Shown here: piece after piece, positions 1 through 8,920 of the stretch
Layout: each line of letters begins with the position of its first letter
Position numbering within the stretch: the stretch's first letter is position 1
DNA from: Candidatus Poribacteria bacterium
GTDB taxonomy: Bacteria; Poribacteria; WGA-4E; JAJDTR01
Assembly (NCBI GenBank): GCA_965222225.1
Contig: CBDCTK010000002.1
Location: 3,776,001-3,840,000 of the forward strand
Direction of reading: 5' to 3'
DNA: 64,000 bases
Program-made: the position numbers and the translations under genes
The notes under the pieces: model-generated
Told to the model about the DNA's origin: nothing
What the model saw: the letters and a program-made list of their open reading frames with translations, nothing else
Databases searched by the model: none

Positions 1-804
1 CTGTCGTACATCCACGTTCGCAAAGAGATTCTCGAACGCGGCTATCACCGCGTCATGCGCGAACTCCAAAACGACGCGCGCGACCCCGCGATGTCGCTCT
101 TCAAGATGAATCAGGCCGTCACCTTCTCCGTCATCGAGGAAGGCTTTCGCCGCAGCGACGGGCATGTGGTTCCGTGGCACGATATTGGCGGATTCACCAC
201 CTACCTCGACACCATGGGCGGACGCGATGCGCTTGCCAATAGCTACGCCTGCGCTGTCGTCGTTTGGGAGCCGCTGCCCGGCGGCGGATCCATGAACCCC
301 GACTCACTCTCCGGCGTGAACGGATATATCCTGTCGGCGTGGATGGATCGCGTCGCATTGACCGAGCAGATGGAGAACGCCATCCTCCTCGCACAGCGCG
401 CCGAGGCGATGTTGGCGCCCGCGTATCCCAAATCCCACTTCGTTTGCGAACAGCGGCCTGACAAAGACGGCACCATCAAGATGTCAACCGACCACGCCTT
501 CCGTACGATGAAAGAGCGCTACCGCTTTGAACGCAGAATCATGTATCACAAACAGCACCAGAACAAAGAAGATCGAATCGGTACGCTTGAACCCGCGATA
601 GCCAATGGATGGCTCGCGCTCAACGAGCAGGACTTGCCCGGCGAGTTCTGGACGCAGTTCAGGCAATTCCCCTCCGCCGATCACAACGACGCGCCCGACG
701 CCGTGCAAGGCGCTTGCCGCTCTCGCATCACGACCACCGCGCAGCAGCGGGTAAACTTGTCCGCCGCCCGCAAATTCCACCGCAACCTCGTCGTGAGACT
801 GTAA
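1..804 (+). CDS. Phage terminase large subunit, C-terminal nuclease region (5' part lies outside the window)
   Basis: The frame is open from base 1 (LSYIHVRKEILERGYHRVMRELQND...). The C-terminal motifs NKEDRIGTLEPAIANG and FRQFPSADHNDAPDAVQGA match the K-x-x-RI...FP...HDD-x-PDA pattern of TerL nuclease domains. Visibly more GC-rich than the downstream DNA. Confidence 0.75.
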   Translation: MSYIHVRKEILERGYHRVMRELQNDARDPAMSLFKMNQAVTFSVIEEGFRRSDGHVVPWHDIGGFTTYLDTMGGRDALANSYACAVVVWEPLPGGGSMNPDSLSGVNGYILSAWMDRVALTEQMENAILLAQRAEAMLAPAYPKSHFVCEQRPDKDGTIKMSTDHAFRTMKERYRFERRIMYHKQHQNKEDRIGTLEPAIANGWLALNEQDLPGEFWTQFRQFPSADHNDAPDAVQGACRSRITTTAQQRVNLSAARKFHRNLVVRL

Positions 805-961
805 CGGCTACTACCCGATGTGGGAGGAGATCAAACGAGTGAATAGCGAGTGATCAAAGGAATGAATAATGACTGCGATAGTCAATCCTGATAGAAATTC
901 TTTTATCTTGCCCCGATTAACCAAGCAGCCGTCAACTGACTGGACAAGGAAGGCGATTGTT

Positions 962-982
962 GTAGGGTGCGCACTGCGCACC
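962..982 (+). repeat. GTAG-type REP palindrome, empty form (GTAGGGTGCGCACTGCGCACC)
   Basis: GTAG followed by the hairpin GGTGCGCA-C-TGCGCACC. The same REP carries an inserted module at 14929-14983 and 56422-56476. Confidence 0.8.
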
Positions 983-1107
983 AGCCTTTTGTTTCTGTCG
1001 TATGATAGCACATTCCTTGCAACAGAAATCCCCGCCAACGCTTCAACCGATTTATAGTCGGGTCATCTTGCCCCGATTAACAGAGGTGCATTTAACCGAG
1101 ACTATGT

Positions 1108-1132
1108 GTAGGAGCGATCTCCAGGTCGCGAT
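1108..1132 (+). repeat. GTAG-type REP, GTAGGAGCGA family
   Basis: GTAGGAGCGATCTCCAGGTCGCGAT. Related minus-strand copies at 1511-1534, 14640-14663 and ~39643-39673. Confidence 0.65.
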
Positions 1133-1598
1133 TCCATAAACCCAAACGTTGTAGGAACGTTCAACTGACTGAACAAGGAAGGATCAAGCGAGTGGATAAC
1201 GAGCGCGATAGAGCCCAAGGCGATAGCTGATCCCGATAGAGATCCTGCACCAGCCCTTGGTTTCTGTCGTACGATAGCAAATCCTGATAGTGAATCCCGA
1301 TACAAAATCCCGTGCGATCAAGCGACTGGATAAGGAGCGATCAACTGAGCGAATAGTGAAGGCGATAGAAACTCAGGATAGAAATTCCTCACGCGACACG
1401 TATCAGGGGATCAAAGGAATGGACAATGGCTGCGATAGAGATCCCTTAATCCGCGATTCAGACAATGCGATAGAGTCCTTATAGACGTCTTCTACCGGTC
1501 ACCGCTTCCTGTCGCGAGCAGCGCTCGCTTCTACAACTCTGTCTCGCGTCGCGAGAAATCAACTGTGTGTTGCGTCTTGCTCAAACGCATATTTTTTG

Positions 1599-1627
1599 TT
1601 GCAAACAATATAGATCTGATATATAAT
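1599..1627 (+). promoter_or_regulatory. Sigma70-type promoter of the nuo operon
   Basis: TTGCAA (1599-1604), 17-nt spacer, TATAAT (1622-1627), ~85 nt upstream of nuoA. Confidence 0.75.
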
Positions 1628-1669
1628 TTAACCTGCTTCAATTTGCAAACGGCTTCTCAATATCCGATT

Positions 1670-1687
1670 TTGTGAAGTTTTTCACAA
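1670..1687. promoter_or_regulatory. Rex (NADH/NAD+ redox-sensing repressor) operator
   Basis: TTGTGAA-GTTT-TTCACAA is an exact match to the TTGTGAA-N4-TTCACAA Rex consensus and lies between the promoter and the nuoA start. Confidence 0.8.
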
Positions 1688-1711
1688 TCACTTGGAAAGA
1701 TAGCAGGGACA

Positions 1712-2116
1712 ATGTTTTTTAACTTCGCAAATGTACTGATTTTCCTTATCGTCGGTTCCGTTTTCGTGGCGCTGAACCTCGCCGTGTCTCGCCTGCTTCA
1801 AACGAAACTTTTCATGGAGGAGAAATTTATCCCGTATGAGTGTGGAGAGGATCCGATTGGCGATACGCGCATCAAGTTCAATACCCGCTTCTATGTCATT
1901 GCCCTCATTTTTTTGATTTTCGACGTTGAGGTGGTATTCCTGTTTCCGTGGGCGGTTGTTTTCCGCGGAATCGGTCTGCTTGCGTTTGTCGAGATGTTAA
2001 TCTTCATCGCCGTGCTGCTGGTTGGACTCGCCTACGTTTGGGCGAAGGGGGATCTTGAATGGATTCGTTCGATTCAGCAGGAGATTCAGGAAAAGCGTGA
2101 AGAAACTGAAGCCTAG
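1712..2116 (+). CDS. nuoA: NADH-quinone oxidoreductase subunit A
   Basis: PYECGEDP and [22 protein letters not shown] motifs, 3 TM helices, first gene of the operon. Confidence 0.97.
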   Translation: MFFNFANVLIFLIVGSVFVALNLAVSRLLQTKLFMEEKFIPYECGEDPIGDTRIKFNTRFYVIALIFLIFDVEVVFLFPWAVVFRGIGLLAFVEMLIFIAVLLVGLAYVWAKGDLEWIRSIQQEIQEKREETEA

Positions 2117-2139
2117 CCGGGCGCGGAGGACGATTCGCT

Positions 2140-2730
2140 ATGATTTTTGATGAGAAACTTGACAAAAACATTTTCGTCACATCTGTGGACGCCGTTGCGA
2201 ATTGGGCGCGGGCTTCCTCATTGTGGCCCATGACCTTCGGACTGGCATGTTGCGCGATTGAGTTTATGGCAACGGCGGCTTCCAACTATGACCTGGATCG
2301 GTTTGGGGCGGGCGTCCCGCGTGCGACTCCACGGCAATCGGATCTGTTGGTGATTTCCGGCACCGTCACCCTGAAGATGGCAACGCGAATTAAGCGGCTC
2401 TACGAACAGATGCCCGAACCCAAATACGTAATCTCGATGGGGAGTTGCGCCACGAGTGGCGGTCCCTACTGGCAGCACGGTTATCATGTGCTCAAGGGCG
2501 TCGATAGAATTATCCCTGTTGATGTCTATGTGCCCGGTTGTCCTCCTCGTCCCGAAGCCTTGATCGAAGGCTTGCTGAAGCTCCAGGAGAAGATTAAAAC
2601 ACAAACCGTCGCCAAGCGGTCGTACATTCCGTTCCTGCGAAGGCTCTATACCAAAACCGATCTTGAGGATCAAGAGATTGCGGCAGCGGTGGAGGAAGGC
2701 GCCGAGGAGAAGGAAGAAGCGACTAGCTGA
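2140..2730 (+). CDS. nuoB: NADH-quinone oxidoreductase subunit B
   Basis: [19 protein letters not shown] and VPGCPPRPE (cluster N2 ligands). Confidence 0.98.
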   Translation: MIFDEKLDKNIFVTSVDAVANWARASSLWPMTFGLACCAIEFMATAASNYDLDRFGAGVPRATPRQSDLLVISGTVTLKMATRIKRLYEQMPEPKYVISMGSCATSGGPYWQHGYHVLKGVDRIIPVDVYVPGCPPRPEALIEGLLKLQEKIKTQTVAKRSYIPFLRRLYTKTDLEDQEIAAAVEEGAEEKEEATS

Positions 2731-2809
2731 CAAACACCCCGAATGAAGCGCGAAAGGAGAGTTGCAACGCAATAGGTTGGTTTCCAGTTCCAAATGCGTT
2801 GATTTATCT

Positions 2810-3292
2810 GTGACATCGGAAGAAATTTACACAAAACTCAAAGGGGTGTTTGGAGACTCTGTCCTGTCCATTCAGGAGGTCGTTCTAGATTCGTTTATCC
2901 TCATCGCACCCGAGGCAATCGCCGAGATTGCCCGTTTTCTCGCCGAAGATAGCGAGTTGGCGTTCGATTCGTTGATGTGCTTAAGCGGGGTTGACTTGAG
3001 CATTAAAGAATCGAACCTTGAAATCGTCTACCATCTCTTCTCAATGACCCACCGTCACACAATCGTCCTTAAAGTTAACCTACCCAAGGAAGATCCGCAC
3101 ATTCCCTCCGTCGAAGATATCTGGAAGACAGCAAATTGGCACGAGCGGGAAGCGTACGATCTCTACGGAATAACCTTTGAAGGACACAGTGATCTGCGGC
3201 GAATCCTGATGCCGGAGGACTGGGAGGGGCACCCGTTACGCAAGGATTACAAGGATCCCGAATTCTATCGGGGGATGCGCGTGCCGTATTGA
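2810..3292 (+). CDS. nuoC: NADH-quinone oxidoreductase subunit C
   Basis: ANWHEREAYDLYGI and RRILMPEDWEGHPLRKDY. The GTG at 2810 is preferred over the TTG at 2762; the start is uncertain. Confidence 0.95.
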   Translation: MTSEEIYTKLKGVFGDSVLSIQEVVLDSFILIAPEAIAEIARFLAEDSELAFDSLMCLSGVDLSIKESNLEIVYHLFSMTHRHTIVLKVNLPKEDPHIPSVEDIWKTANWHEREAYDLYGITFEGHSDLRRILMPEDWEGHPLRKDYKDPEFYRGMRVPY

Positions 3293-3322
3293 TGAATGAG
3301 GATTGCTGTTGCGACTCCTATT

Positions 3323-3384
3323 GTAGGGTGGGATCAAGGGAGCGAATAGCGAATAGCGACTGCGATAGAGATCCACCGCCCACC
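3323..3384 (+). repeat. GTAG REP carrying one inserted module
   Basis: GTAGGGTGGG[ATCAAGGGAGCGAATAGCGAATAGCGACTGCGATAGAGATC]CACCGCCCACC. The empty counterpart GTAGGGTGGGCACCGCCTACC is on the minus strand at 63863-63883. Confidence 0.85.
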
Positions 3385-3619
3385 ATTCCTTATTGAAGAG
3401 GTAAACCACCACTATTTGGGAACGTTTTGTGATATTGACTGCTGGTTCGTCAATACCTTAGGAAGAAATTATAGGCTTGCCGACGGATTAACTAATCGGG
3501 AATCACCAACACGAAATAGTTGTGTTTTTTCCTCAATGAATCGCCGAGCTACGAAGCCAAGAGGCCTCAACCGCCAAAGTCGCAATGTTATTATTCCTTG
3601 TTTCCGAAAGGAGAATATC

Positions 3620-5314
3620 ATGGTGCGCAAAACATCATTAATCGCTATTTTACTATGCCTAACCCTTCTTCTGCTGGGAAGAACCGCCGTGGCCAACATC
3701 CTTACGACCGAAGAGATTGCCGAGAAGGCGCTAAGTGCGACAGTTCTGCTAACGATGAGAGATGCGGACGATAGAGTAATCGGATATGGGAGCGGATTCT
3801 TTGTTTTACCGAATGTTATTGCAACCAACTTTCACGTGATTGAAGGTACACACCGAGGCACCGCCCGTCGCGTTGCTCAAAACAAATCGTATACCCTCAA
3901 ACAGCTTCTTAAGAGCGATGAAAAACAAGATTTGGCGCTGTTCGAAGTATCAGCTCCGGATGTCGAACCGCTTCCCATCGGCGACAGCGGTAGTAGGTCG
4001 TTACGAATCGGCGCGACAGTTTATGTTGCCGGTAATCCGCTGGGTTACTGGTGGGGGACCTTCTCCGAGGGTATTGTTAGCGCCCGTCGAAGTTGGGATG
4101 ATGGAGTGGAGAGGTTACAGATGACAGCTCCGATTTCGCCCGGAAACAGTGGCGGCCCCGTACTTAATAACAGAGGCGAAGTAATAGGTGTTTCCGTCGC
4201 ATCAAGTTCAGATGACAGGGCTCAAAATATCAACTTCGCCGTTCCATCTAGCGAACTCAAGAAACTCGTCGCAGAATTGAATCCCCCGACTGTGAGCCTT
4301 GTTCTCCCTCGGCGATCGAATTGGAATATTGGCGACACAGTTGATGTTTCTCTTAAAATCGACAACGGGACGGACATTGCAGGTTTTCAGGTAACCGTAG
4401 GATTTGATGGTTCCGTTCTTAAATATGTGGAGGCTTTGAAGGGTGATTACATCCTCAGAGGGGATGAGTTCGCACGTAAAATAGACGGCGAAAATCAGGT
4501 GACATTGGCGGCAACGGGCTTCCCCCAGGTAATGGATGACGATGGCGTACTTGCTGTAATTAAGTTTGAAGTTACTGCTTTCAAGCCTTATGGATGGGTA
4601 CTATCCGACCTAATTCTGTCCCGAGCGATTCTCGTGAATCCAGATGGAGGTCGTTCATATCCTCTTGTATCTCATGCGAAGGTATGGGCGCGCCCACTGG
4701 GATTCCAAGAAGATGTAAACGGTGATGGTGATGTAAATATTCTGGATTTACGATCTGTTTTCACCAATTTTGGGGTCCGGGGGAGGAATCATGCGGATGT
4801 CAATAAAGATGGTGTCGTTGATGTCGTTGATTTGGTAAGGGTTGCCTCTGCCATACACACTCCTCTGGGAGCTCCTCCATTCGCTCAAGAAGTTCTTGCG
4901 GGATTCACTGCCACAGAGCTGAAGCAATGGTTGACACAAGCCTCGCAGCTCGGTCTGACGGATCCCACTTCGCTGAAAGGCATTTTCGTTTTGGAGCAAC
5001 TCCTCAAAACATTCGTCCCGAAAGAGACGGCGCTGTTACCCAATTTTCCAAATCCCTTCAATCCGGAGACATGGATTCCGTACCACCTCGCCAGTGCCTC
5101 CGACGTGCAGATTGCGGTATACAACACAAACGGCGCGATGGTACGTCAATGGGACTTGGGACATCGAGAAGCTGGATTCTACACCGATAGAAGCAACGCC
5201 GTATACTGGGACGGACGTAATCGACACGGCCAGTTTATCGCAAGCGGCGTTTATTTTTACTCGTTAACTGCCGGTGATTTTACGGCTACCAGGAAAATGA
5301 TAATCGGAAAGTAA
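3620..5314 (+). CDS. Secreted trypsin-like (S1C) serine protease with cohesin-like, dockerin-like and C-terminal FlgD/T9SS-like sorting domains
   Basis: AAGGAG RBS before ATG 3620 and a signal peptide. Catalytic triad in TNFHV, QDLAL and PGNSGGP. Cohesin-like beta region (IAGFQVTVGFD), dockerin repeats DVNGDGDVNILDL / DVNKDGVVDVVDL, C-terminal NFPNPFNPETWIPY...YWDGRN...SGVYFY. Confidence 0.88.
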   Translation: MVRKTSLIAILLCLTLLLLGRTAVANILTTEEIAEKALSATVLLTMRDADDRVIGYGSGFFVLPNVIATNFHVIEGTHRGTARRVAQNKSYTLKQLLKSDEKQDLALFEVSAPDVEPLPIGDSGSRSLRIGATVYVAGNPLGYWWGTFSEGIVSARRSWDDGVERLQMTAPISPGNSGGPVLNNRGEVIGVSVASSSDDRAQNINFAVPSSELKKLVAELNPPTVSLVLPRRSNWNIGDTVDVSLKIDNGTDIAGFQVTVGFDGSVLKYVEALKGDYILRGDEFARKIDGENQVTLAATGFPQVMDDDGVLAVIKFEVTAFKPYGWVLSDLILSRAILVNPDGGRSYPLVSHAKVWARPLGFQEDVNGDGDVNILDLRSVFTNFGVRGRNHADVNKDGVVDVVDLVRVASAIHTPLGAPPFAQEVLAGFTATELKQWLTQASQLGLTDPTSLKGIFVLEQLLKTFVPKETALLPNFPNPFNPETWIPYHLASASDVQIAVYNTNGAMVRQWDLGHREAGFYTDRSNAVYWDGRNRHGQFIASGVYFYSLTAGDFTATRKMIIGK

Positions 5315-5449
5315 CTTGGACTGCAAGACAGGCACAGACCGGGGTAATCGCACCAGACTCCAAACCCGAGCTTGGATAAGTGGTGCTTTCAAATCATTAC
5401 ACTGTTGACGAAACGCTAATATTGAGAAACACAATCGAGCGGATTTATT

Positions 5450-5483
5450 ATGGCAGCGCCACAACTTGAAAGCAAATTCATAG
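5450..5483 (+). repeat. 34-bp exact copy of the nuoD 5' end
   Basis: ATGGCAGCGCCACAACTTGAAAGCAAATTCATAG is identical to 7649-7682. Confidence 0.95.
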
Positions 5484-5490
5484 TACAATT

Positions 5491-5599
5491 GTAGGGTGGG
5501 ATCAAGGGAGATCAAGCGACTGAATAAGGAGCGATCAACTGACTGGTTAAGGAAGGCGATAGTAGATCCTGATAGAAGATCCCGTGCGATAGAGATCCC
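5491..5599 (+). repeat. GTAG REP half followed by triply nested modules
   Basis: Three GATCAA left ends are followed by three GATAG..GATCC(C/T) right ends in bracket order. Confidence 0.9.
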
Positions 5600-5731
5600 G
5601 TGAAGGATGATGAGTATGAGGCATGGTTGAGCCTATCAATTCGGGGCTTGGGAGAAGCGTACGGGAAGGATGAACCGGAGTATTCTACCAACCTTATTAA
5701 AGAGGTAAACCCTCAGTATGAGGGAAGGTAA
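5600..5731 (+). pseudogene. 3' fragment of a small acidic protein, probably a type II antitoxin
   Basis: Translates VKDDEYEAWLSLSIRGLGEAYGKDEPEYSTNLIKEVNPQYEGR*, which resembles (from recall) C-termini of small proteins found upstream of PemK/MazF toxins. Begins directly after the module cluster, with no RBS. Confidence 0.45.
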
Positions 5732-5796
5732 TGTCATCTAGACCCCAGTTCTCTCAGATTAGTTGAGTTAGAAAGCGGTTAAACAAGACAGAAGAT

Positions 5797-7617
5797 ATGG
5801 ATGCAAATATAGTTAATCTACAGAAACTATTCCATCAACAGGTCTCCTATCGAATTCCCCAATTCCAGAGGCCCTACGCATGGAAAGAAGAGGTCCAATG
5901 GAAACCCCTTTGGGCTGACATACTTAGTCTTGCTGCACGCGTTCTCAACAGGGAAGAGGACGACAGAATACTCCCGCACTTCATGGGAGCTATCGTACTT
6001 CAACAACAGAGAAGCAATACAGGTGAAGTAACTAAAAGACTCGTAGTTGATGGGCAACAGCGACTCACTACCTTGCAACTTCTTATAAAGGCAACAGAAC
6101 AGGTATTTGAAATTCAACAGGATCCGGTAAGAGCCTCCCGATTGCGCGCACTAATAATTAATCAGAACAGCCATTGGGGCGCCGGTGGCGGTGACAACAA
6201 GACCAAAATCAAGCAGTCCAACTTCAACGATCAGAAAGCATTTCACGAAGCTATCGCGGCACCTCATATTGGTGATGAGAACCAATCGTGGGCACTTAAT
6301 GCTTTAAGTTACTTCAAAGAAGAACTGAGCAACTGGCTAAACTACGCCCCGGAAAGCATGAACGGCCGAGCCGATGCGTTCGAAGAAGCGCTGACTCAGC
6401 ATCTAAAAATAGCGGTAATTGACTTGGACGAAGACGAAAAACCTCACGTCATTTTTGAGACTCTGAACGCTAGGGGTGAACCGCTAAAGCAATCAGACCT
6501 TATTAAAAACATAGTTATGTACGAGGCAAATGTCATAGATGATGACGAGCAAGCGAAAAAACTTTGGGGCTTCTTTGACCACGAATGGTGGCAACAAGAT
6601 AGCAAGGAAAGTAGATCATCACCCACAATCCACATCGACAGATTCCTTCGCTACTGGATGGTCATGCGGTCGTTGAAAGATGTTACCGCAAATAGAGTCG
6701 CGTCGGAGTTCAGAAACTACTTAGGAGCCACACAATCATCCATTAAGACTGTTACCTCAGATATCCAAATGGCTGGAGCATGCTACGTGCTAATAGAAGG
6801 AAATTTTCGAGGTTTCCGAAAAAATCCAGAAAGGGAGATTTTCTTCAAACGACTGAAAACCATTGAATTAGGCGTAGTTACCCCTGTGCTTTTATGGCTA
6901 TTCACATCCAAGGTACCGGACGAGCGACAGCAGCGCTGCATTGAGATACTGGAAAGCTACGGGGTGAGGCGGAAACTCTGCGGCTTGCAGACCCAAGGCC
7001 TGAATAAGGTTTTTATCGGTTTACTTCAGGTGCTTGACAGTGAGGGGCCGGATTGCGCCGACATGACTGTTTTACGCTTCTTGAGACGTCAGCACGCTGA
7101 TAGCAGTATATGGCCCAATGATCGTATGCTGCGCGAATATCTTACTACCAGTCAAATGAAGGGTAATTCTCCTTGGAAGAAGATGGTACTAGAAGCCATT
7201 GAAGTACACTTGCGAAGTGATAGATCTGAGCAGCTCGGGTCAACCAGTAATTTAGAGATTGAACATGTTATGCCACAGACGTGGCAGACGGAGCACTGGC
7301 CGCTGTGGCCTGAAAATTCAAATCAAGATGAAGCTGAAAGCGCCAGAGACGAAGCTATACAAAAAATCGGAAATCTAACTCTGACGTCTGAAAAATTAAA
7401 TAAAATCCTAAGGAACGGCCCATGGCATGAAAAACGGCTAACGCTGGCTAATCATAGCAGTCTGTTTCTTAACAAGACATTACTTGATGATGCCCCCGGT
7501 GTTTGGGATGAAGCAGCCATTCAAAGACGCTGTCAATGGATAACTGAAAAAATCTTGCAGATTTGGCCCTCTGCTGAAGAGTTCGCCGAATCAGCCGCAC
7601 AATCTTCACAAATCTAA
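5797..7617 (+). CDS. DUF262 + DUF1524 (GmrSD-like, type IV restriction family) protein
   Basis: IPQFQRPYAW, VVDGQQRLTTL and IFETLNARG (DUF262). EIEHVMPQ...IGNLTL...LN (DUF1524 HNH-like). More AT-rich than the nuo genes. Confidence 0.92.
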   Translation: MDANIVNLQKLFHQQVSYRIPQFQRPYAWKEEVQWKPLWADILSLAARVLNREEDDRILPHFMGAIVLQQQRSNTGEVTKRLVVDGQQRLTTLQLLIKATEQVFEIQQDPVRASRLRALIINQNSHWGAGGGDNKTKIKQSNFNDQKAFHEAIAAPHIGDENQSWALNALSYFKEELSNWLNYAPESMNGRADAFEEALTQHLKIAVIDLDEDEKPHVIFETLNARGEPLKQSDLIKNIVMYEANVIDDDEQAKKLWGFFDHEWWQQDSKESRSSPTIHIDRFLRYWMVMRSLKDVTANRVASEFRNYLGATQSSIKTVTSDIQMAGACYVLIEGNFRGFRKNPEREIFFKRLKTIELGVVTPVLLWLFTSKVPDERQQRCIEILESYGVRRKLCGLQTQGLNKVFIGLLQVLDSEGPDCADMTVLRFLRRQHADSSIWPNDRMLREYLTTSQMKGNSPWKKMVLEAIEVHLRSDRSEQLGSTSNLEIEHVMPQTWQTEHWPLWPENSNQDEAESARDEAIQKIGNLTLTSEKLNKILRNGPWHEKRLTLANHSSLFLNKTLLDDAPGVWDEAAIQRRCQWITEKILQIWPSAEEFAESAAQSSQI

Positions 7618-7648
7618 ACGTGTTTCATAAGGTCTAAACGAGTTCACC

Positions 7649-8827
7649 ATGGCAGCGCCACAACTTGAAAGCAAATTCATAGAACTACAGCCGTTTTGTG
7701 ACGAGATGATTGTCAACATGGGACCTCAACATCCGAGCACGCATGGCGTGTTGCGGCTTGAGTTGAGACTTGACGGCGAGGTTGTCCGGGAAGCCATTCC
7801 GCATATCGGCTATCTGCACCGCTGCTTTGAGAAACATTCCGAGAACTTGTCTTATCCGCAAATCATCCCGTTTACCGATCGGATGGACTACATCGCCGCC
7901 ATGAACCAAAATTGGGGATTCTGCTTGGCGGTGGAGAAGCTGATGGCGGCGGATGAGAAGAAGACCTTTGAAGTCCCCGAACGTGCGGAATATTTGCGTG
8001 TGCTCATCTGTGAACTGAATCGAATCGCAAGTCATCTTCTGGCGTTTGGAACCTACGGCATGGATATTGGCGCCTTTACGCCGTTTCTGTACGCCTTTCG
8101 GGACCGCGAAAAGATTCTGCTGCTCTTCGAAAAAGTCTGCGGCGCACGCTTGACGTACAACTATGTCCGTATCGGCGGCGTTTCCAGAGATCTGCCGCCT
8201 GAATTTCTTGACGAAGTGAAAGAATTTATTGATTACTTTGAGCCGAAGATTGATGATTATAATGACCTTCTTTCGGGCAACAGTATTTTTACCGAACGCA
8301 CCACCGGGGTCGCGGTGATGTCCCAGGAGATGGCGATCGACTACGGAGCAACGGGGCCAAACCTGCGCGGCGCCGGAATGCAGTGGGATCTGCGGGTGGA
8401 TGAGCCGTATTCAATTTACGACCGGTTCGACTTCGACATCCCGGTCGGCAAGGATATACCAGAGATTGGCGCGGTCAAAGGTGACTGCTGGAATCGGTAC
8501 AAGGTGCGGATGGATGAGTTGAAGGAGTGCGTTAAGATTGTCCGACAGATACTTGAGGGCGGCATTCCCGATGGACCGATTGTGGCAGAATTCAAAGCGG
8601 TGCGCCCACCCAAGGGGGAAATCTTCTACCGGAGCGAGGCGCCGCGCGGTGAGTTGGGATTCTACATCGTGAGCGATGGCACGCCGAAACCGCTTCGCCT
8701 GAAGGCGAGGTCGCCGTGCTTTAGTGCGCTGAGCGCATTGTCGGAATTGAGCAAAGGATTGATGCTCGCCGATATCATTGCGATTATCGGAAGTATCGAT
8801 ATTGTGATGGGAGAGGTTGACCGCTAA
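7649..8827 (+). CDS. nuoD: NADH-quinone oxidoreductase subunit D
   Basis: NMGPQHPSTHGVLRL, GYLHR, EAPRGE, DIVMGEVDR. Confidence 0.98.
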   Translation: MAAPQLESKFIELQPFCDEMIVNMGPQHPSTHGVLRLELRLDGEVVREAIPHIGYLHRCFEKHSENLSYPQIIPFTDRMDYIAAMNQNWGFCLAVEKLMAADEKKTFEVPERAEYLRVLICELNRIASHLLAFGTYGMDIGAFTPFLYAFRDREKILLLFEKVCGARLTYNYVRIGGVSRDLPPEFLDEVKEFIDYFEPKIDDYNDLLSGNSIFTERTTGVAVMSQEMAIDYGATGPNLRGAGMQWDLRVDEPYSIYDRFDFDIPVGKDIPEIGAVKGDCWNRYKVRMDELKECVKIVRQILEGGIPDGPIVAEFKAVRPPKGEIFYRSEAPRGELGFYIVSDGTPKPLRLKARSPCFSALSALSELSKGLMLADIIAIIGSIDIVMGEVDR

Positions 8828-8862
8828 AACCGGTGAAGAGCGCAGAACCGATTTAACTCGCC

Positions 8863-8882
8863 AAGGAGTGCGATAGAGCTCC
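8863..8882 (+). repeat. Right half of the module in the nuoD-nuoH spacer
   Basis: AAGGAGTGCGATAGAGCTCC. Confidence 0.6.
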
Positions 8883-8920
8883 ACTAGCCACTGTTTTTAT
8901 ATCTTCCAACTAGGAGTTGA

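Larger units (their letters stand above)
829..1480 (+). repeat. Cluster of nested ~36-nt GATCAA...GCGATAG...TCCC modules mixed with GTAG-type REPs
   Basis: Nested pair at 829-900 (inner 852-888), partial copy 932-959, nested set ~1159-1245, extra right halves 1272-1310, nested pair ~1316-1388, single clean copy 1409-1445. Also a direct repeat ATCTTGCCCCGATTAAC (905-921 and 1065-1081) and a near-repeat at 978-1010 and 1247-1279. Confidence 0.9.

Noticed and set aside
829-1480. CRISPR array interpretation of the ~36-nt repeats
   Set aside because: No regular repeat-spacer alternation; copies are nested, vary in a compensatory way, are dispersed across the window, and no cas genes are present.
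811-1484. Short ORFs across the repeat clusters (also 10656-11144, 14556-15159, 62236-62595)
   Set aside because: They are translations of repeat modules with no RBS or recognisable domain.
3293-7648. Integron cassette array (attC sites) in the nuoC-nuoD interval
   Set aside because: No RYYYAAC/GTTRRRY box pairs were recognised at the gene ends, and there is no integron integrase in the window.
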